A DNA stretch of 64,000 nucleotides from the human T2T-CHM13v2.0 reference genome, Homo sapiens. The translations under genes were made by a program, and so were the position numbers. Location of the stretch: NCBI RefSeq assembly GCF_009914755.1, contig NC_060929.1. One strand, given 5' to 3'. The notes below the pieces were generated by a model that ran no database searches, had not been told where the DNA came from, and saw nothing but the letters and a program-made list of their open reading frames with translations. How positions within the stretch are numbered: position 1 is the first letter of the stretch; each line of letters starts with the position of its first letter. Positions 1 through 14,407 of the stretch are shown piece after piece.

Positions 1-1925
1 AAAATATTGGCTTTTTCAACAGTGTAGTTTATTTAAAATTTAGTCCCAGTTCTTAGCAATTATTTATATACTGATGGACTTATATCCAGGGTCTTCTTGA
101 ATTAAAAAAAGTCAAAAAATAATTTTATAAATTTAAAATATTATAAAATTATGATATATACAATTCTTGCTCTCTCTGTCATATTTTTCCAATTTTTTGT
201 CTGTCTTGTTTTTTCTTGCCTTTTCTTCCCTGTCCTTTCCCTTTCGTTTCTTTTCTTTTTGTTTCCTTTGTCTGGCCTTGCTTTGAGTTTCTTTTCCAAA
301 CGAATTCACTGGAGGTGGTATTTTTATGCATAATATACACAGCAAATGTCTAGGGCCTCTCATTTTTTACAAATCTTTGTAAGAAAAGGCTATCTATTAA
401 CCCAATGACATTGTCATAACCTTTTCTAAATTTCAATGATATTCAGTTTCTCGCAGCTATTACATTACAAAGTATACCTCAGTAAAAATCTAGTAAGTCA
501 TAGGGCTGATGTTGCTGATTGCTCACTTGCTCAAGCCAGAAGCTTAGAATACATGCTTGATTCTTCACTTTCCTGTGGGTTTATGCCAAATCAATTGCAA
601 ATCTATAGATCTTATCCTCTAAATAACATACAGCATGCCTACTTTTTTCTCTCTCTCGACTACTGTCACATTAATTCAAAAGAAAAAGACTGATGATTCC
701 TAACTTCCTGGCTTCAGTAATTGGCAACGATGACATCACTACTAAGGCTTCACTTCTCACCTCTGCTTCCATATGAGTGTAATGTTATTTTCTCCTATGA
801 CAGATAAGTTTATTTTTCACCATTAAAAGGTAAGAAACTCACTCATAACCAAAGTTGGAGGAGACAGTTATTTTTTTTCCCCAGCTTGCCTGTTAAAACC
901 ATAAGGAATGATTAATCTGCCATGGTGCTTGATGTGGCCCAGGGATGTGCTCAGACTCAGTCATGTAGGGGCAGGTGGTATTAACATTAGTTCAAACATG
1001 GAACCATGGCATGTGTTAGAAATAATGGCTTATATTAGAAACCGGACATAAAATTGTCGTGAGCAAGAAAGTTACCTCAATTTGAGTCTACTAGAAGTTT
1101 CAGAGTGCCATTTCACATGGCCACAAAGTTCAAAAGTTCCAAAAGAAGCAAAAGTTTGACCAAGAAATCAGTGATTTTTTAAAAAAGAGAAATTGAGCTC
1201 AATCATGTTTTTTATATCTTCTACTGTACTAAAAGTTTTTTTCTCAATAATTGACTAAAAGTTCATTAACTACTGCACAGACTTCAATATTTAGAAATGT
1301 AATACGGGCTTGCTAACTAAAAGTGAAGTTATTTTATTGTCGGAACTAGCTATTGTTAGAAAGACTCATTTGCTTTTTATAATACAATTTTACATATGAT
1401 TTATAGATTGACAGATTATAACAATTTATAGATTATTACCTCATTAATTTATTGAATAACCTGACTAAATTACTTAGTCACTGAATTAAATACAACCCAG
1501 CCTTAATACTTTGGGTCAAGGAACATTGACCAAATATGTATTTATGCCACAGATTCCTTGAAATTTCTTACCAAAGTAAATTGTTTCATGAAAAATACAG
1601 AAATAAATTGGTAACTAAATAAAACATGTTCTATATTTCAACTTGAAAAATTAAAGAAATTAATAATTCTTAAAATCAAAGCAATGATCATTTGTTTCCT
1701 AATTATTATTATTGTGAATGTACTTAAAATTTTTGCTATGCTTTTAAGAAAGATGTACTTCTATTAAAAATTATTAAAATAAACAGCAGAGAGACTGACT
1801 TTTCAAAATAGTTTATCTGGGAAGAGCAATGAACTGCAATTTGGGATATGTGTACCGTACTGAACCATAGGCACATTTGAAAAAGCTGGGGGAGCCGAAG
1901 CTTTTTTAAGGGTAAAAGGTGAAGT

Positions 1926-2477
1926 TCCCCATCAAACTACCGTTGGCATTCTTCACAGAATTAGAAAAACCTATTTGAAATTTCATATGGAATCAAAGAA
2001 GACCCCATATAGCCAAGACAATCCTAAGCATAAAGAACAAAACTGGAGGCATCACACTACCTGACTTCATTACTGCAGGGCCTCAGTAACCAAAACAGCA
2101 TGGAACTGGTACCAAAACAGACATATAGACCAATGAAGGTGAACATAGACCTCAGAAATACACCACACGTCTACAACCACCTGATCTTCAACAAACCTGA
2201 CAAAAACAAGCAATGGGAAAGGATCTCATATTCAGTAATAATGTGGGAAATCTGGCTAGCCATATGCAGGAAACTGAAACTGGACCCCTTCCTTACACCT
2301 TATACAAAAATTAACTCAAGATGGATTAAAGACTTAAATGTAAAACCCCAAACCGTAAAAACCCTAGAAGAAAACCTAGGCAACAACATTCAGGACATAG
2401 GCAGGGTGGGCAAAGACTTCATGACAAAAATGCCAAAAGCAATTGCAACAAAAGCCAAAATTGACAATGGGATCTAA
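1926..2477 (+). mobile_element. L1PA ORF2 fragment, cut at its 3' side by the duplication junction
   Basis: ORF 2100..2477 contains [32 protein letters not shown]...[11 protein letters not shown] (L1 ORF2p). L1 sequence stops at GGGATCTAA with no 3' UTR or poly(A). Confidence 0.93.
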
Positions 2478-2522
2478 AGGCAGTGATGTTGGTAAACTAG
2501 TGATCCAAATGAAAAGAAAGTC

Positions 2523-2878
<356 letters not shown>

Positions 2879-3149
2879 TTACACTTCAAAGAGTAAGTCC
2901 TCCCACCATAGCTGTTTTCAAGTTATTACCATTTCAAGATACTAACTCCTGTGAATAGGAGGGTGAAGTCTTTAAATTATAGGAAATTTCAATAAAAGCC
3001 TGAGGCAAAGATATTTCAAGGGTTTTGGTTAAACAAAAGACACATTGGCTGGCATGAACAAGAGGAATGCACTATCGAAACCATCTTAGTCAATGGCAGG
3101 AAGACAGTGTTATGAGTCTACTGGTTACAGAAAATCTTTGTTTTAAAAA

Positions 3150-3988
3150 CTCAGGTTTATCGAATTAAAATTTATATATGCCAAAAGTCATCTTTTTAAG
3201 TATGCAGTGTGTTGAAAACATAGATGGTTATATAACAAATACCATCCTCAAGATATAGAACAGTACCATCACCTAGAAAAATTCCCTTTTGTGCCTTTTG
3301 AATCAGTATTTCTGCTGCCCTCAGTCTTTGGAAATCGCTGTTCTTTGTCCCTATGGTTTTATATTTTCTAGAATGTCATACACAAGGGAGCAAACAGCAT
3401 CCTGAATAGGCCTTTAAATCTGGCTTTTTAAATAGCATAATAAATCTGAGACACATTCATGTTGTTATGTTATCAGATTTGTTTCTTTTTCTTCCTAACG
3501 TGATATTAAATAGATACAGTATATAACTTTTTGACTATTCACCAGTTTTTGAAATTATGAATCATATGGTTAAAGTCACCAACAGATATACATATGTATA
3601 TTACATATATGTATATAGTATACATATAAATCAGTGGATTCTTCAATTTTTTTATTGTCAAAATGATTTTTCCATTATAATTCCTTTGCTTCTCTGTTGA
3701 AAGTTTTAGAATGAGCTTGTTTGTTAGTTGCAAATATCCTGTTAGGAATTTTAACTGGATTGAATTTTTGTATTGAATTTTTTTATTGGTTTGAACAGAA
3801 TTAATTTATTGTCAATATTGGCTACCAAGCTCTTTACTTATTTACTTCTTCTTTGATTTCTTTTACCAGTGTTTTTTTTAGTTTTTGTTACCCTTTCTCC
3901 ATGTTTTTTTAGATTAAGAATTTAATGTTTCTTGTGCTACTTTAAATGTAACTTTAAAAAATTCTAATTTCCAATTGTTCATTAATAG
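3150..3988 (-). mobile_element. Old L1M (L1MC/ME-like) fragments
   Basis: Degenerate antisense L1 3'-end motifs (ACCATCCTCAAGATATAGAAC..., TTTTCTAGAATGTCATA). Boundaries are approximate; similar sequence resumes at about 5320-5900. Confidence 0.55.
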
Positions 3989-4198
3989 TGTTGTAAAGTA
4001 GCGGGTCCCCCACCAGGGAATTTAAGGGCATATGTTGACTGCTTGAGTCCTGAAGGCTAGATGGTGAGCAAAGTTCATGGTGCTCAGCCGAGGAACAGAT
4101 GTCGCTGAAAACCAAAACATCCGGGAGCATATCTAGGTACATACCAAGAAGAACAGTTTCATCACATGTAGTAAGCAAAGAGCCAGAAAAGTAGCTTT

Positions 4199-4480
<282 letters not shown>

Positions 4481-4510
<30 letters not shown>

Positions 4511-4940
4511 AAGGGAAGGGAAGGGAAGGGAAGGGAAGGGAAGGGAAGGGAAGGGAAGGGAAGGGAAGGGAAGGGAAGGGAAGGGAAGGGAAGGGAAGGG
4601 AAGGGAAGGGAAGGGAAGGGAAGGGAAGGGAAGGGAAGGGAAGGGAAGGGAAGGGAAGGGAAGGGAAGGGAAGGGAAGGGAAGGGAAGGGAAGGGAAGGG
4701 AAGGGAAGGGAAGGGAAGGGAAGGGAAGGGAAGGGAAGGGAAGGGAAGGGAAGGGAAGGGAAGGGAAGGGAAGGGAAGGGAAGGGAAGGGAAGGGAAGGG
4801 AAGGGAAGGGAAGGGAAGGGAAGGGAAGGGAAGGGAAGGGAAGGGAAGGGAAGGGAAGGGAAGGGAAGGGAAGGGAAGGGAAGGGAAGGGAAGGGAAGGG
4901 AAGGGAAGGGAAGGGAAGGGAAGGGAAGGGAAGGGAAGGG
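4481..4940 (+). repeat. Compound microsatellite (AAAAG)6(AAGGG)86
   Basis: Counted directly: AAAAG x6 at 4481-4510, then uninterrupted AAGGG x86 at 4511-4940. Confidence 0.99.
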
Positions 4941-5204
4941 AAGCTTAAAAGCAGCTTAGAGGAAGATGGTGGGCAGCAGGCGGATCTCTGGAGTTATCCC
5001 GCTGCCCTTTACGTAAGTCCTAATAAACTCATCTTCTCGTGAAGCTGGACTTGTCTGAGTCCTTCTTTGTTATTTCAGCACTATCTCTTTGGCAGAGGGA
5101 TGTTCTTCTACACAGGTCTGGGTTTTTCCTGCAACAATTATATATAAAAAATAATTCTGTATATTAACATTATAGTGTTATAGTGCATAGTGTGAAATTA
5201 CAAA

Positions 5205-5310
5205 ACTCACAATTTATTTCTAGTAGCTTCACTTTTAATAATTTTAATTATTTTGTACTCACAATTTATTTCTAGCAGCTTCACTGCTAATAATTTTAAT
5301 TATTTTGTAC
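5205..5310. repeat. 52-bp tandem duplication (2 copies); mirrored at 43907-44012
   Basis: ACTCACAATTTATTTCTAG(T/C)AGCTTCACT..TAATAATTTTAATTATTTTGT starts at 5205 and 5257. Confidence 0.92.
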
Positions 5311-6179
5311 ATAATGGAATACTGTGCATAGACCATCCACGAATCAAATAGAGTTTTATTTCTTCGTATCCAATTTGTATGCCTTTTGTTTATTTTTCTT
5401 ACTTTAGTACACTGGTTAAAATTTCCAGTATACAGTTAAATAGTTCTTGAGGACAGGTTTCCTGTACTTCTTTTCTTCGTGCCTGTGTATAACGTATATT
5501 TAACTATATAATACATACAACACAACTATGTTTGTCTTCATATAATTTTTTACCTTTTTTTTAGTTTGTTTACGTAGCCCCTATATCTCTAGAAATGTTT
5601 CTTGGATTTACGATTTGATTGCCTTCACTTCTTTTGGAAAATTCTCATTCATTTTGTTTTTAAGTATTTATCATCCTTGTTCTCTTTCATGAATCCGTTC
5701 AAGTTAGGCATCCAGAGCTGTCCTTCAGCTCTTGGATGCCATGTTCTGCTATTTATCACTCTTCTTGTTTCTTACTTGTATTTGTTATTCAATTTCTATG
5801 TTTTTTATCTTCAACTTTACTGTTCCATTCTTTATTCATATCAAGTCTTCTGATGAATTACTTCATTGGTGTTTGCATTTTGAGGTAGATACAACAGTAT
5901 ATCTATTGAGACATTAATTAGTGCAATTAAACCGAAGTTTAACACATTTTAAGTAAAAATTTATCCCACTATCGCATAAAACTTGTGAAAGTTAAAGTCA
6001 TCAGCACTTAATATTGTCTGTCATGCGAGGCAATCGGCACTCAAGTGGCAAATGCACTCATTTAACTCTAACTTGGTACTTTAGTTAATCTCTCATATTG
6101 ATTTTTTTAACCCTTAAACACTGGCAAAGAGAAGCATACACCTAAAGAGAGATTTTTTACATTATTGTTTATTTAGTTA

Positions 6180-6468
6180 GTTTTTAGAAACAAGGTCTCC
6201 TCTCTCTCCCAGGCTGGAGGGCTGTGGTGCAATCACAGCTCACTGCAGCCTCAAAATCCTGGGCCCAAGCATACCTCCCACCTCAGCCTCCCAAGTAGCT
6301 GGGATTACAAGTGCCTGCCTCAGTACCCGGCTACTTTTAAAACATTTTTTGATACACATAGAGTCTCAGTTTGCTGCTCAGGCTGGTCTCAAACTATTGG
6401 TCTCAAGCAATCCTCTTGCCTCAAGCTTCTAAAGTGCTGGGATTACAGGTTAACCAGGACACCTGGCC
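6180..6468 (-). mobile_element. AluJ (diverged)
   Basis: Antisense dimer with J-type CACAGCTCACTGCAGCCTC and CTCAAGCAATCCTC. Confidence 0.85.
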
Positions 6469-7811
6469 TAGAGGTTATTTTTTGTTGTTTTAATTTCTTT
6501 ATTTAATAGTCTGTGTATTTAAATTTTGTTGACAATAATCTTAACAGCAACAATAGTATCTACTTGAAAGGTATGCATTCTATATATAATTCCTTAGATA
6601 TAAATTTAAGTATAAATATTTGAAAACTCTTTAATTTTTTAATATTGTGTCCCATTTCTTAAAAAGGAGAGAAGCTATATTAACTTTTGAATTCAGTACA
6701 CAGTTAACAGTTCTTTCATTTAATATGTGATAATATAAATTTAACAGTGAAACTTTCAAATACTCATATTAACTTACCCTGATAGATTTTATAGCTTTAA
6801 TATAAAACTTCTCATAAATGTAAAATTTGACAAAGCACAATATTCTCCAGGAAGTTAGAAAAGTAATATAATTTTCTGTCTCTCAGAATGTGTTTTCTAA
6901 CCTCTAAATATAAATTGATGGACTAATCTTTTAAAATTCAGAATCAAATATAATTGCTTTGGTTTGATCATTGAGAATTCTTTTTCCATTCCATCATTTT
7001 ATAGTTTTTGCCTAAATAAAATACTTAAGGAAGTTATTGTTATGTTGTATTTGAAAGATGCCTGATGGAGAAACATTCATAGTTCTTTTCTATCCTTATG
7101 AAAGGTTATATGAAAACATATATATATGTGTATATATAAACATGTGGATAAAGTACAGAAAATCCTATCATTGCCTCTGACTCAAATGGTAATCTTTAAT
7201 ATAAAGATTTGAAACTTTCATGGAACAGTATATCAGAACTTTATTTCCAATTTGTTTATGTATACTTAACGTATATCCTAAGTATTAAGAAATCACATTC
7301 AATTAACATATACATTATAAAACAATTCCTATATGATAATTCTAATAAGTAAACATGATTTTAGTGGTAGTAATTATTCAATCAAATATTCATATTTTAA
7401 AGATTAAATCTTCATATTTTAAAGCACATTACATCAGTTTACAATTCGATATTGACTACTGGATAGAATTTATCAATGAAATTTTGAATATGGCATGGTT
7501 AATGCAGATCATGTGAATTAAATTGCAAGGCAGAGAGCTTTTAAATTAAAAAAATAAGCTGGTTTATAAATCCAGTGCTAGACAGTTAATAAAAGCAATA
7601 CATATAAATCTCCCAGACACCTCCCAATCTTGGTATTTTGAAATATTTTCCTCTTTTTAATATTATTTAAATAAAAAAATTATCTGCCTTTAAGCAACAA
7701 AACATGAACTCTTGGTAGAAAATTCACTAATTGACATAGGTATCTAGACTTATAAACCTGTAAAAAATGTGAAATAGAAGGCATAAAGTATTTGAGTCAA
7801 TAAATTACTAA

Positions 7812-8122
<311 letters not shown>

Positions 8123-11100
8123 TTAACTAAATCTTTTGATTAAATCAGCTTTATAAAAAAAGTAAACGTAAACACATAAGTCTTTGTATAAGCACCCCTA
8201 CATTTTTAAAAGTATATTTGCCTTTTCATAAACTCAGTTGAGTAGTGGTAACATTCATCATCACAACTTTTTAGAGGCAATGAAATTGATGTCATTTGAG
8301 GTCTTCATCTCATATTTATCTTTTATTTTCTTATTTTGTCATGTTTAGCAAAGGATAGTAAAAGTAGAGGATCATTCAACCCAGAAATACAGGGAAACTG
8401 ATCCTTGTAAATAGCACCCTTTATAGACTCATGGATATTTTAAGAGCAAGATGTGCTAGAAAGGAAAATAAGGCAATCTCTTAATGCTGTGCCTTTTCTT
8501 CCATTACATTTTTAGATTATATATTATCCCTTGTTTATTTCTGTAGCTGGGGAAAATATTTTTATTGAAATAGATTGTTTTTTGAAGTTTGCTATATTAG
8601 GTAAAAATAAATACCAAACTTCTCTGTCTTCAGTTTAATAGAAAAAAAAAATCCCTTGTTACTCTGTTTCTGCCTTACTGTTAGTAGAAAGATTTATGAT
8701 TAAGTAATTTTAGTAGGACAACATTAAGAACAAAAACATGAACCAAAATACTTTTTAAAATAAATATACACATTTTTACTATATATAGACACATATATAA
8801 AAGTATATATACATATATGTATATATGTGACTTCAATAACAGGAAAATAGATTTTCCAGATTAACAATCTAAACATCTCATCCATAACAAAAGGTTAGGC
8901 TCTATACCAATGCTTGAATGAAAACTGTAATATCATCCATTTAAAAAAATGCCAACACATGCATAATTTTAGGCTGTAAAAATGAAAATATTTCAGAATT
9001 GATTAACAAATGGTGGAAGTTAAAGTTGTCTCTTCCCGACCTGCACTTTGTTTTCTGTCTCTTGCCTTTTCTCACATTTTATTTTTCCTTCCTATCTCAA
9101 CAATATACCCCACCTGCAGTGTGCCCAATGTGGACACATACCTGCTTTTTTCAGGCACTGTTTTGGACAACATTTCCCTACTGAGCATTAAATCACTTTT
9201 TCTTAAATACGTACTAAAGATTTCCATGGCTGAAAAGCTAGTTCCACATACATTAATAATCCTTGAAGAATTAAATCAGATACAACCTCTACATCAGCAC
9301 AATATTTCAAGGTGGTAAGGGAGTGCTACTGCTGGGTTCGTCTTCACTTAATAACTTTATTAATGATGTGGATGAGTGAACAAATATGAAAAGAAAATTT
9401 ATAGGTATTACATACGTAGATTCTGCAGAAACAAATAGGCTGGAAGGTAATGACTGTAGAATGACCTAGAGAGGTTAAAAAAAGAAAATAGTAGTCCAAT
9501 ATTATTCCACTTTTAAGTAAATGAGACCATTAAGCTCTTTAAAATAACCAGTAAATAAAAACTCAAAGCAATGATAGCTACATCAAAAAGTGAGGGAAGA
9601 GGGGAAATTATATGTTGCAATGTTACAGAGTACATTAAAGCATTCAGTATATTTCCTGAAAATTTCATAAGCACAGTTCTTAATGTTTATTCATAAATAA
9701 ACAAAACCACACCAAAAGCCATAGTTCATTTGTTTCTAACTAAGAGTACAAATTATTTATGCGGAAAAGTACATATAAGCTCACATAAATAACACGAATA
9801 ATGTTTTCATTGTGAAGATATTCATAACGTTCAAATGACAAGGTCTTAGGAACTCTGCACCTTCATTAATTTTAATCAATATTTAACAATCAAGATTGTT
9901 TTCAATAAATCATGATCTAATAATGAAAGGGGGAAACTATTTGTTTTAACTTTCATTTCAGTTTTACCCTTTACTCACAAGTTGAAATTCATTCTCACTC
10001 TTTGCAAACTATTTTGAAACACTTCCAGGTAAAATTCATATAAATATTTTATTTTTCCTAATTTTTGGAAAAATTTTAGACTATTACAATCTGAGTTAAT
10101 AGCCTAGTTCCTTTGTTGATCCAGTGTAAATAAATATTTCTCTTTTCTTGCTGTATTAAAAAACCCACAGTCTCTATAGCCAAGTCTATATCTATATCGA
10201 TATCTATCTGTATCTGTATCTATCTATGTGTATCTCTATCGATGTATGCATACACAAATAATATCTGTGGAAGAATTTTTTTTCATGTAGTGTAATATCC
10301 ACAGCTCTTCTACTTTAACCATAACTCAAGTTAATAACATTTTATTGTCTTTTGTTAGTTTTACCTGGAAAAGAAAGCACATCATATACAATATTATAAA
10401 ATAGAAATAAAACTAAATATAGTGTTTTAGAAGGTAACAAAGTTTTATGTTTAAGGATATTAAATAAAATCTATTTCTTCCAGTATATTTTTTCACAATC
10501 TGTCTTAAATGGAATCTTCAGATATCTTAACAAGTTGACTACTAGATTTTGTAGTGTATTCCAATCAGATATCTATCTGAGGCCACTCTTTTTTTTAATA
10601 ATCTAGGCTTCTGTAGACAATGTGGAAACATTTTTAAAATGATGACGCCCTCCTTTTCCTTCGTAGCTAAATTAGTACACAAAATTCTAAATATTTCCTT
10701 AGTTTTAATAATAATAAAGCAATATAAGATTCACCCTCTGTATTCAATTCTTTGTTACCAATTCTGCTATAATTAGAATTTTTGAAATTCTTAGTTATAA
10801 CCTTTATTTTTGATAATTGCATTTAAAATGCAATGATAAAGCAAATAATTAAAATGCTAGGAATAAAATTGTCCTTTATTAGTTTATCATAAAGTTCCAT
10901 AAATTTCAGCTCTCCTTGATTTCTCACTATTCTAGTTCATCAATTTTGTAATTAATCATTAAACATTATTCTTTCTCTATATTAAAAATATTAGCAATTA
11001 ACAAATCCCTATTTAATATTATATTCATTGTTTTAGTTTGATGCTTTTTTTTTTTAGTGATATGTACAGAAGACAAAAAAATGATGTGCAGCCTTTGTGT

Positions 11101-11743
11101 TCCATTTATTGTTGCGTAAAATAAAATTTCATCAATCTTGGATAAAAATTCTTAGGCCTATGATTATATTTGAAGGAAACACTAACTTCTGACATGATTA
11201 TTTAGAACACACATTTTCTTAACTTGTCTTCCATTTTAATGGAGCTATAAATAGCTTTGGCAAATTTTTCTGCTTTGCTGTTAATTTAACTCAGTAGATT
11301 TATTGAAATTTTAAGACACCACGTTACGCAAGATTTAGGGTATGTGACTACTCTTTCCTCCTGTGTGGAGGTCGACATTGCCACAGTCTAATATCATAGT
11401 TCCCCTAAGTGGTCCCCTCCCAGAAGTGAGTTGCAAGTTCCTGCTGACTTTCAGAATTATTTCTCCATGTTTATGTCATTTTGATGCAAGAGAGGTCAAT
11501 ACACAGGTATGTCATCAAAATAATATTTAGACTATGTCATTCCCACAAAAAACAACTTATATGCCATGTTTTACTCACTACCAAAGTCTTGTTGAATACT
11601 ACTTGTTTCATTCCTCTAGCCAGGAGACAACCTGGCAGGTATACTGCCTGAGCACCAAGAAGTTATCATATAATTTGCGTTTCACTGACCTCTCTTACCT
11701 TGTCAAATTACCCACAATAATTTTGGTAAAGTTGCATCTAACT

Positions 11744-11854
11744 TGGTATGGACTAAAAATACTTGCGTCGCCCCCAAAATTTGTATGTTAAAACCCTAAT
11801 TCCACTGAGATGATATTTGGAAACAGGGCCTTTGGGAAATAATTAGGTCATGAG

Positions 11855-11893
<39 letters not shown>

Positions 11894-12078
11894 GTCTGGT
11901 CTCTCTCTCTGTCTCTTTATGAGGACATGACAAGGAATGGAGGTTTTACCTGTAACCATTGACTGGCACCTTTATCTTGGACTCTCAGCCTCCAGAACTC
12001 CGAGAAGTAAATTTCTATTGTTTAAACCAGTCAGTGTATGTTGTTTTTGTTGTTGTTATAGCAGCTTGAATTAAGACA
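11744..12078 (+). mobile_element. MaLR LTR (MLT1A-like) with internal (TC)n
   Basis: TGGTATGGACT...CCCCCAAAATTTGTATGTT start; CAGCCTCCAGAACT...AAATTTCTATTGTTT...TTATAGCAGC...TAAGACA end. Confidence 0.8.
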
Positions 12079-12326
12079 CAATTTTCCTAAAACTTAAAAA
12101 TGTCAGATTGGTGGATAAAATTGTATTTCATTGTGCTTTTTTCTTCAAGCCTTATACCTCTGACTCCAAACTCATAGTAACCAGTGTAAGACATGGTAGA
12201 ATCTTTCCACTAGTGCTTGGGACACTATTTATAGTATCTACCCAATCTAATTTTAATGAAAAAGTTGAAGGTTGGTATAAAAAAATGTTTATCATCTAGG
12301 AGTTCCAGGCTCAATTCAACATACTT

Positions 12327-12847
12327 GTGATGGTCTCATGTAGTAGCAGTGACAGTCAACTACAAATGGTGCCTGAACAGGGACATTTCAGAGACTATCA
12401 GGGACATACAGAGACCTGAAAGGACCTGGAGGGACCTGAAGAGGCCTGCAGGGATAAACAGAGATAAGTGGAGGTAAGTACAGAAAAGTAAGTAGAGATA
12501 AGTAAGTAGAGAAAAGTAGAGATAGGTAGGGAAAGACGGGGACTTGCAGGAACTAACAGGTACCATAGGGACAGACAGAGACAGATAGGAATAGATAAAG
12601 ACTAGCAATATAAGGTCAGTGCCCTGAAGAGGTACTGGTCTGTGTCCTAAAGAGGTACAAAAGTAGAGACTAGCAAAGACTAGGAGAGATTTGGAGGAAC
12701 AGACAGGGACAGATAGGGACAGATAGGGTCCTATAGGACTAGAGCGAGGAAGGTCTGCTGGAACAGAAAAAAACTAAAACCAACTAGATGAACGAGAAAG
12801 CCCATTACAACTCTGTTGGCAGCGACATAAGGTTAGTGCTCTAAAAA
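12327..12847 (+). mobile_element. Orphan copy of HML-6 U5 remnant, PBS and leader, truncated by the duplication junction
   Basis: PBS TGGTGCCTGAACAGGGAC at 12367-12384 (tRNA-Lys3 PBS TGGCGCCCGAACAGGGAC with 2 CpG changes), followed by a purine-rich repetitive leader. Confidence 0.85.
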
Positions 12848-13221
12848 TGATGGATGAATTTTCAGAATTTATCTAATTTTCTCCTCCATCAAAGTTAAAA
12901 ATTAGCTGTTTGATTTACTATACTCAGCTAAAATTCTCTGGCATTTTATCTTGATATTACTGACATCCTGGAAGGAGTATCTTGTTTGTTTGGCAAGTGG
13001 ATTTTTTTAAAAAAATAAATTATTGCTTCATAATTTTTATTGTTTATATTTCAAGGTTATGAAAAATGCCCTTAAAAGATAAATGGTATATATATATATA
13101 TATAAAATATATATTTTAATCTGCATGTAGTATACCTGTTGTGACAAAAATAAACGAAAGCTTAATTTCTTGCCAAGTTGTAGACTATTACAGTATATTA
13201 TTTTAAGCATTATGCTATACA

Positions 13222-14036
13222 TACTTCTTTTGAAAATTTATGGAGTACATGAGATGTTTTGATACATGCATAATAATCACATCAGGGTAAATTGAATATG
13301 CATCACTTCACACAGTTATCCTTTGTGTTACAAACAATCTGATTATACTCTTCTAGTTATTTTTAAATGTACGATTAAATTATTTTTGACTATAGTCACC
13401 CTGTTGTGCTAGCAAATGCTAGGTCTTATTCATTCTTTCTAACTATGTTTTTGTACCTATTAGTGTGCCCCGCTTTCCTCCCAAACCCTCACTACCCTTC
13501 TCAGCCTGTTAACCTTTATACTGTTTATCTCCATGAGTTCAATTGTTTTAAGCCTTAGCTCCCACAAATAAGTGAGAGCATCCGAAGTTTGTCTTTCTGC
13601 GCCTGGCTTGTTTCACTTAACATAATGACCTCCAGTTCTATCCACATTGTAGCAGATGACAGGAACTCATTGTTTTTTATGGCTGAATGGTATTCCATTT
13701 TGTATATGTACTATATTTTCTTCATTCATTCATCTCTTGATGGATACTTAGGTTGATTCCAAATTTTGGCTATTGTGAGTAGTGCTGAAATAAACATGGA
13801 GTGCAGATATCTCTCTGATATACTATGTCCTTTCTTTTGGTTATACACCCAGGAGTGGGATTGCTGGATCATATGATAGCTCAATTTTTGCTTTTTGAGA
13901 AACCTCCAGACTGTTCTCCTTAAGGGTCATACTAATGTACATTCCCACTGACAGTGTGCAAGGGTTCCTTTTTCTGTATATCCTCGCCAACTTTTGTTAT
14001 TGCCTGAATTTGGGATAAAAGCCATTTTAACTGGGG
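13222..14036 (-). mobile_element. L1MA (MA1/2-like) 3' fragment
   Basis: Antisense L1 3' end (CTCCCACAAATAAGTGAGAGCAT..., GGGATTGCTGGATCATATG, GCCATTTTAACTGGGG). Confidence 0.85.
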
Positions 14037-14407
14037 CCTCTTAACTTTTTCCCCACACATTTCTTAATTCCTTGATGAAAAATGCTAAAAGATAAGTCAC
14101 TTTCATACTTCCTAGATACAGTTATTCATTCACTCTTTTATTTTTTTAAGTTTCTTATTTAATAGATATGTATTAAATATTTACCTTGTCTCAGCCAATG
14201 TAATGTGTGACAGGCATACAAAGATGAATATAGCAGAAAGTTTATGCCTCTTAAGAAGCATAATGAAGTCATTTAAACAAATAATAGCTACAAATTTTGA
14301 TGAGCACTGTCATAGAGGTAAGAATATTATGGTGAGGTGGGATGGAAGAAATTAAAATATGTCAATCTACTTTGCGTTGTAAGGAAAATCTTGGCAAAGA
14401 AGATACA

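Noticed and set aside
133-363. Lys/Arg-rich and hydrophobic short ORFs
   Set aside because: Translations of a CT-rich low-complexity tract.
5205-5310. 52-bp repeat as a CRISPR-like array
   Set aside because: Two adjacent copies with no spacer, in primate DNA; a simple tandem duplication that predates the arms.
8999-12608. ORFs that occur twice with identical translations
   Set aside because: The identity comes from the recent inverted duplication, not from selection; there are no recognisable domains.
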